A stretch of DNA of 63,210 nucleotides, filler included, from Octopus bimaculoides (Eukaryota), in NCBI RefSeq assembly GCF_001194135.2. It is 6 parts of 5 records of this genome, joined end to end, with 100 filler letters (N's around TTAATTAATTAA, not from the genome) between each part and the next. Parts side by side here need not be neighbours in the genome. Positions count along the whole stretch, not along the records: positions 55,718 to 63,210 come from NC_068987.1; 5 more parts are not named here. One strand, 5' to 3'. The notes below the pieces were generated by a model. That model made no database searches, had not been told where the DNA came from, and was given only the letters and a program-made list of their open reading frames with translations. The position numbers and the translations under genes were made by a program. Positions 62,772-63,210 of this stretch are shown in pieces (the stretch's first letter is position 1; each line of letters begins with the position of its first letter).

Positions 62772-63210
62772 ATATATATCGTGAGGATTTACAAAAAAAA
62801 GACAAAAGACGAGTGTGTAAATAGCAAATAGATATATTAGTTTAACGCTCAGGAAGTGAGAAAATATTTTATGTTTCGAGCCTACGCTCTTCGACAAAAA
62901 GAAACACAGAAATAATCGGAGAAAATTTTTTAAAAAGCTTTAGTGGCTAGCGATCTATTATGTTGACGCCGGACTGAGGGGTCGGGAAAGAGAACTAGGA
63001 AGAAAGGGAGATTATAAAGTAGGGGTAATCCTAAAACGAAGGTGCGCGGGTGTGTGTATGTGAGAGCGTGTATGTGCGTGTGGAGGGGGATAGGAACTTT
63101 GATGTGTGCATATGTGTGTGTGTGGATGATGGTGTGGGTGCTGGGAAGTGGTCAGTGCTAGTGTATGCGGGTTGGTGTGATGTGGTGGAGTGATGTGTGG
63201 TGCGGCGATT

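Overview
This is eukaryotic, AT-rich, repeat-dense genomic DNA with no prokaryotic features. The SINE families and microsatellite load point to a cephalopod, most likely Octopus (inference). The window is six assembly pieces joined by artificial 100-bp spacers (44 N + TTAATTAATTAA + 44 N), so adjacency across those joins is unproven. The only confidently identified host coding sequence is two in-frame exons of an SLC6 Na+-dependent neutral amino-acid (B0AT-type) transporter (22243-22361, 24601-24802, +). The rest is mostly decayed transposons (hAT, mariner, DD37D/maT-like, TRT/DD37E-like, Chapaev3-like, R4/Dong-like LINE, Penelope-like), tRNA-derived SINEs, MITEs and microsatellites. Three things stand out. 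(1) A tRNA-headed SINE-like element at 62146-62383 (-) carries a minimal Penelope-type hammerhead ribozyme fold and has an inverted copy of its own 3' tail fused to its 5' end. (2) A gap-free 16.5-kb CpG-periodic complex satellite (29510-46077) is built from TTCG/TACG tetramers, with higher-order landmarks and a strand flip near 40310. (3) R4-like LINE copies sit head-to-tail in (CATA)n microsatellite. Nearly all ORFs in the supplied track are artefacts of repeats or N-runs.
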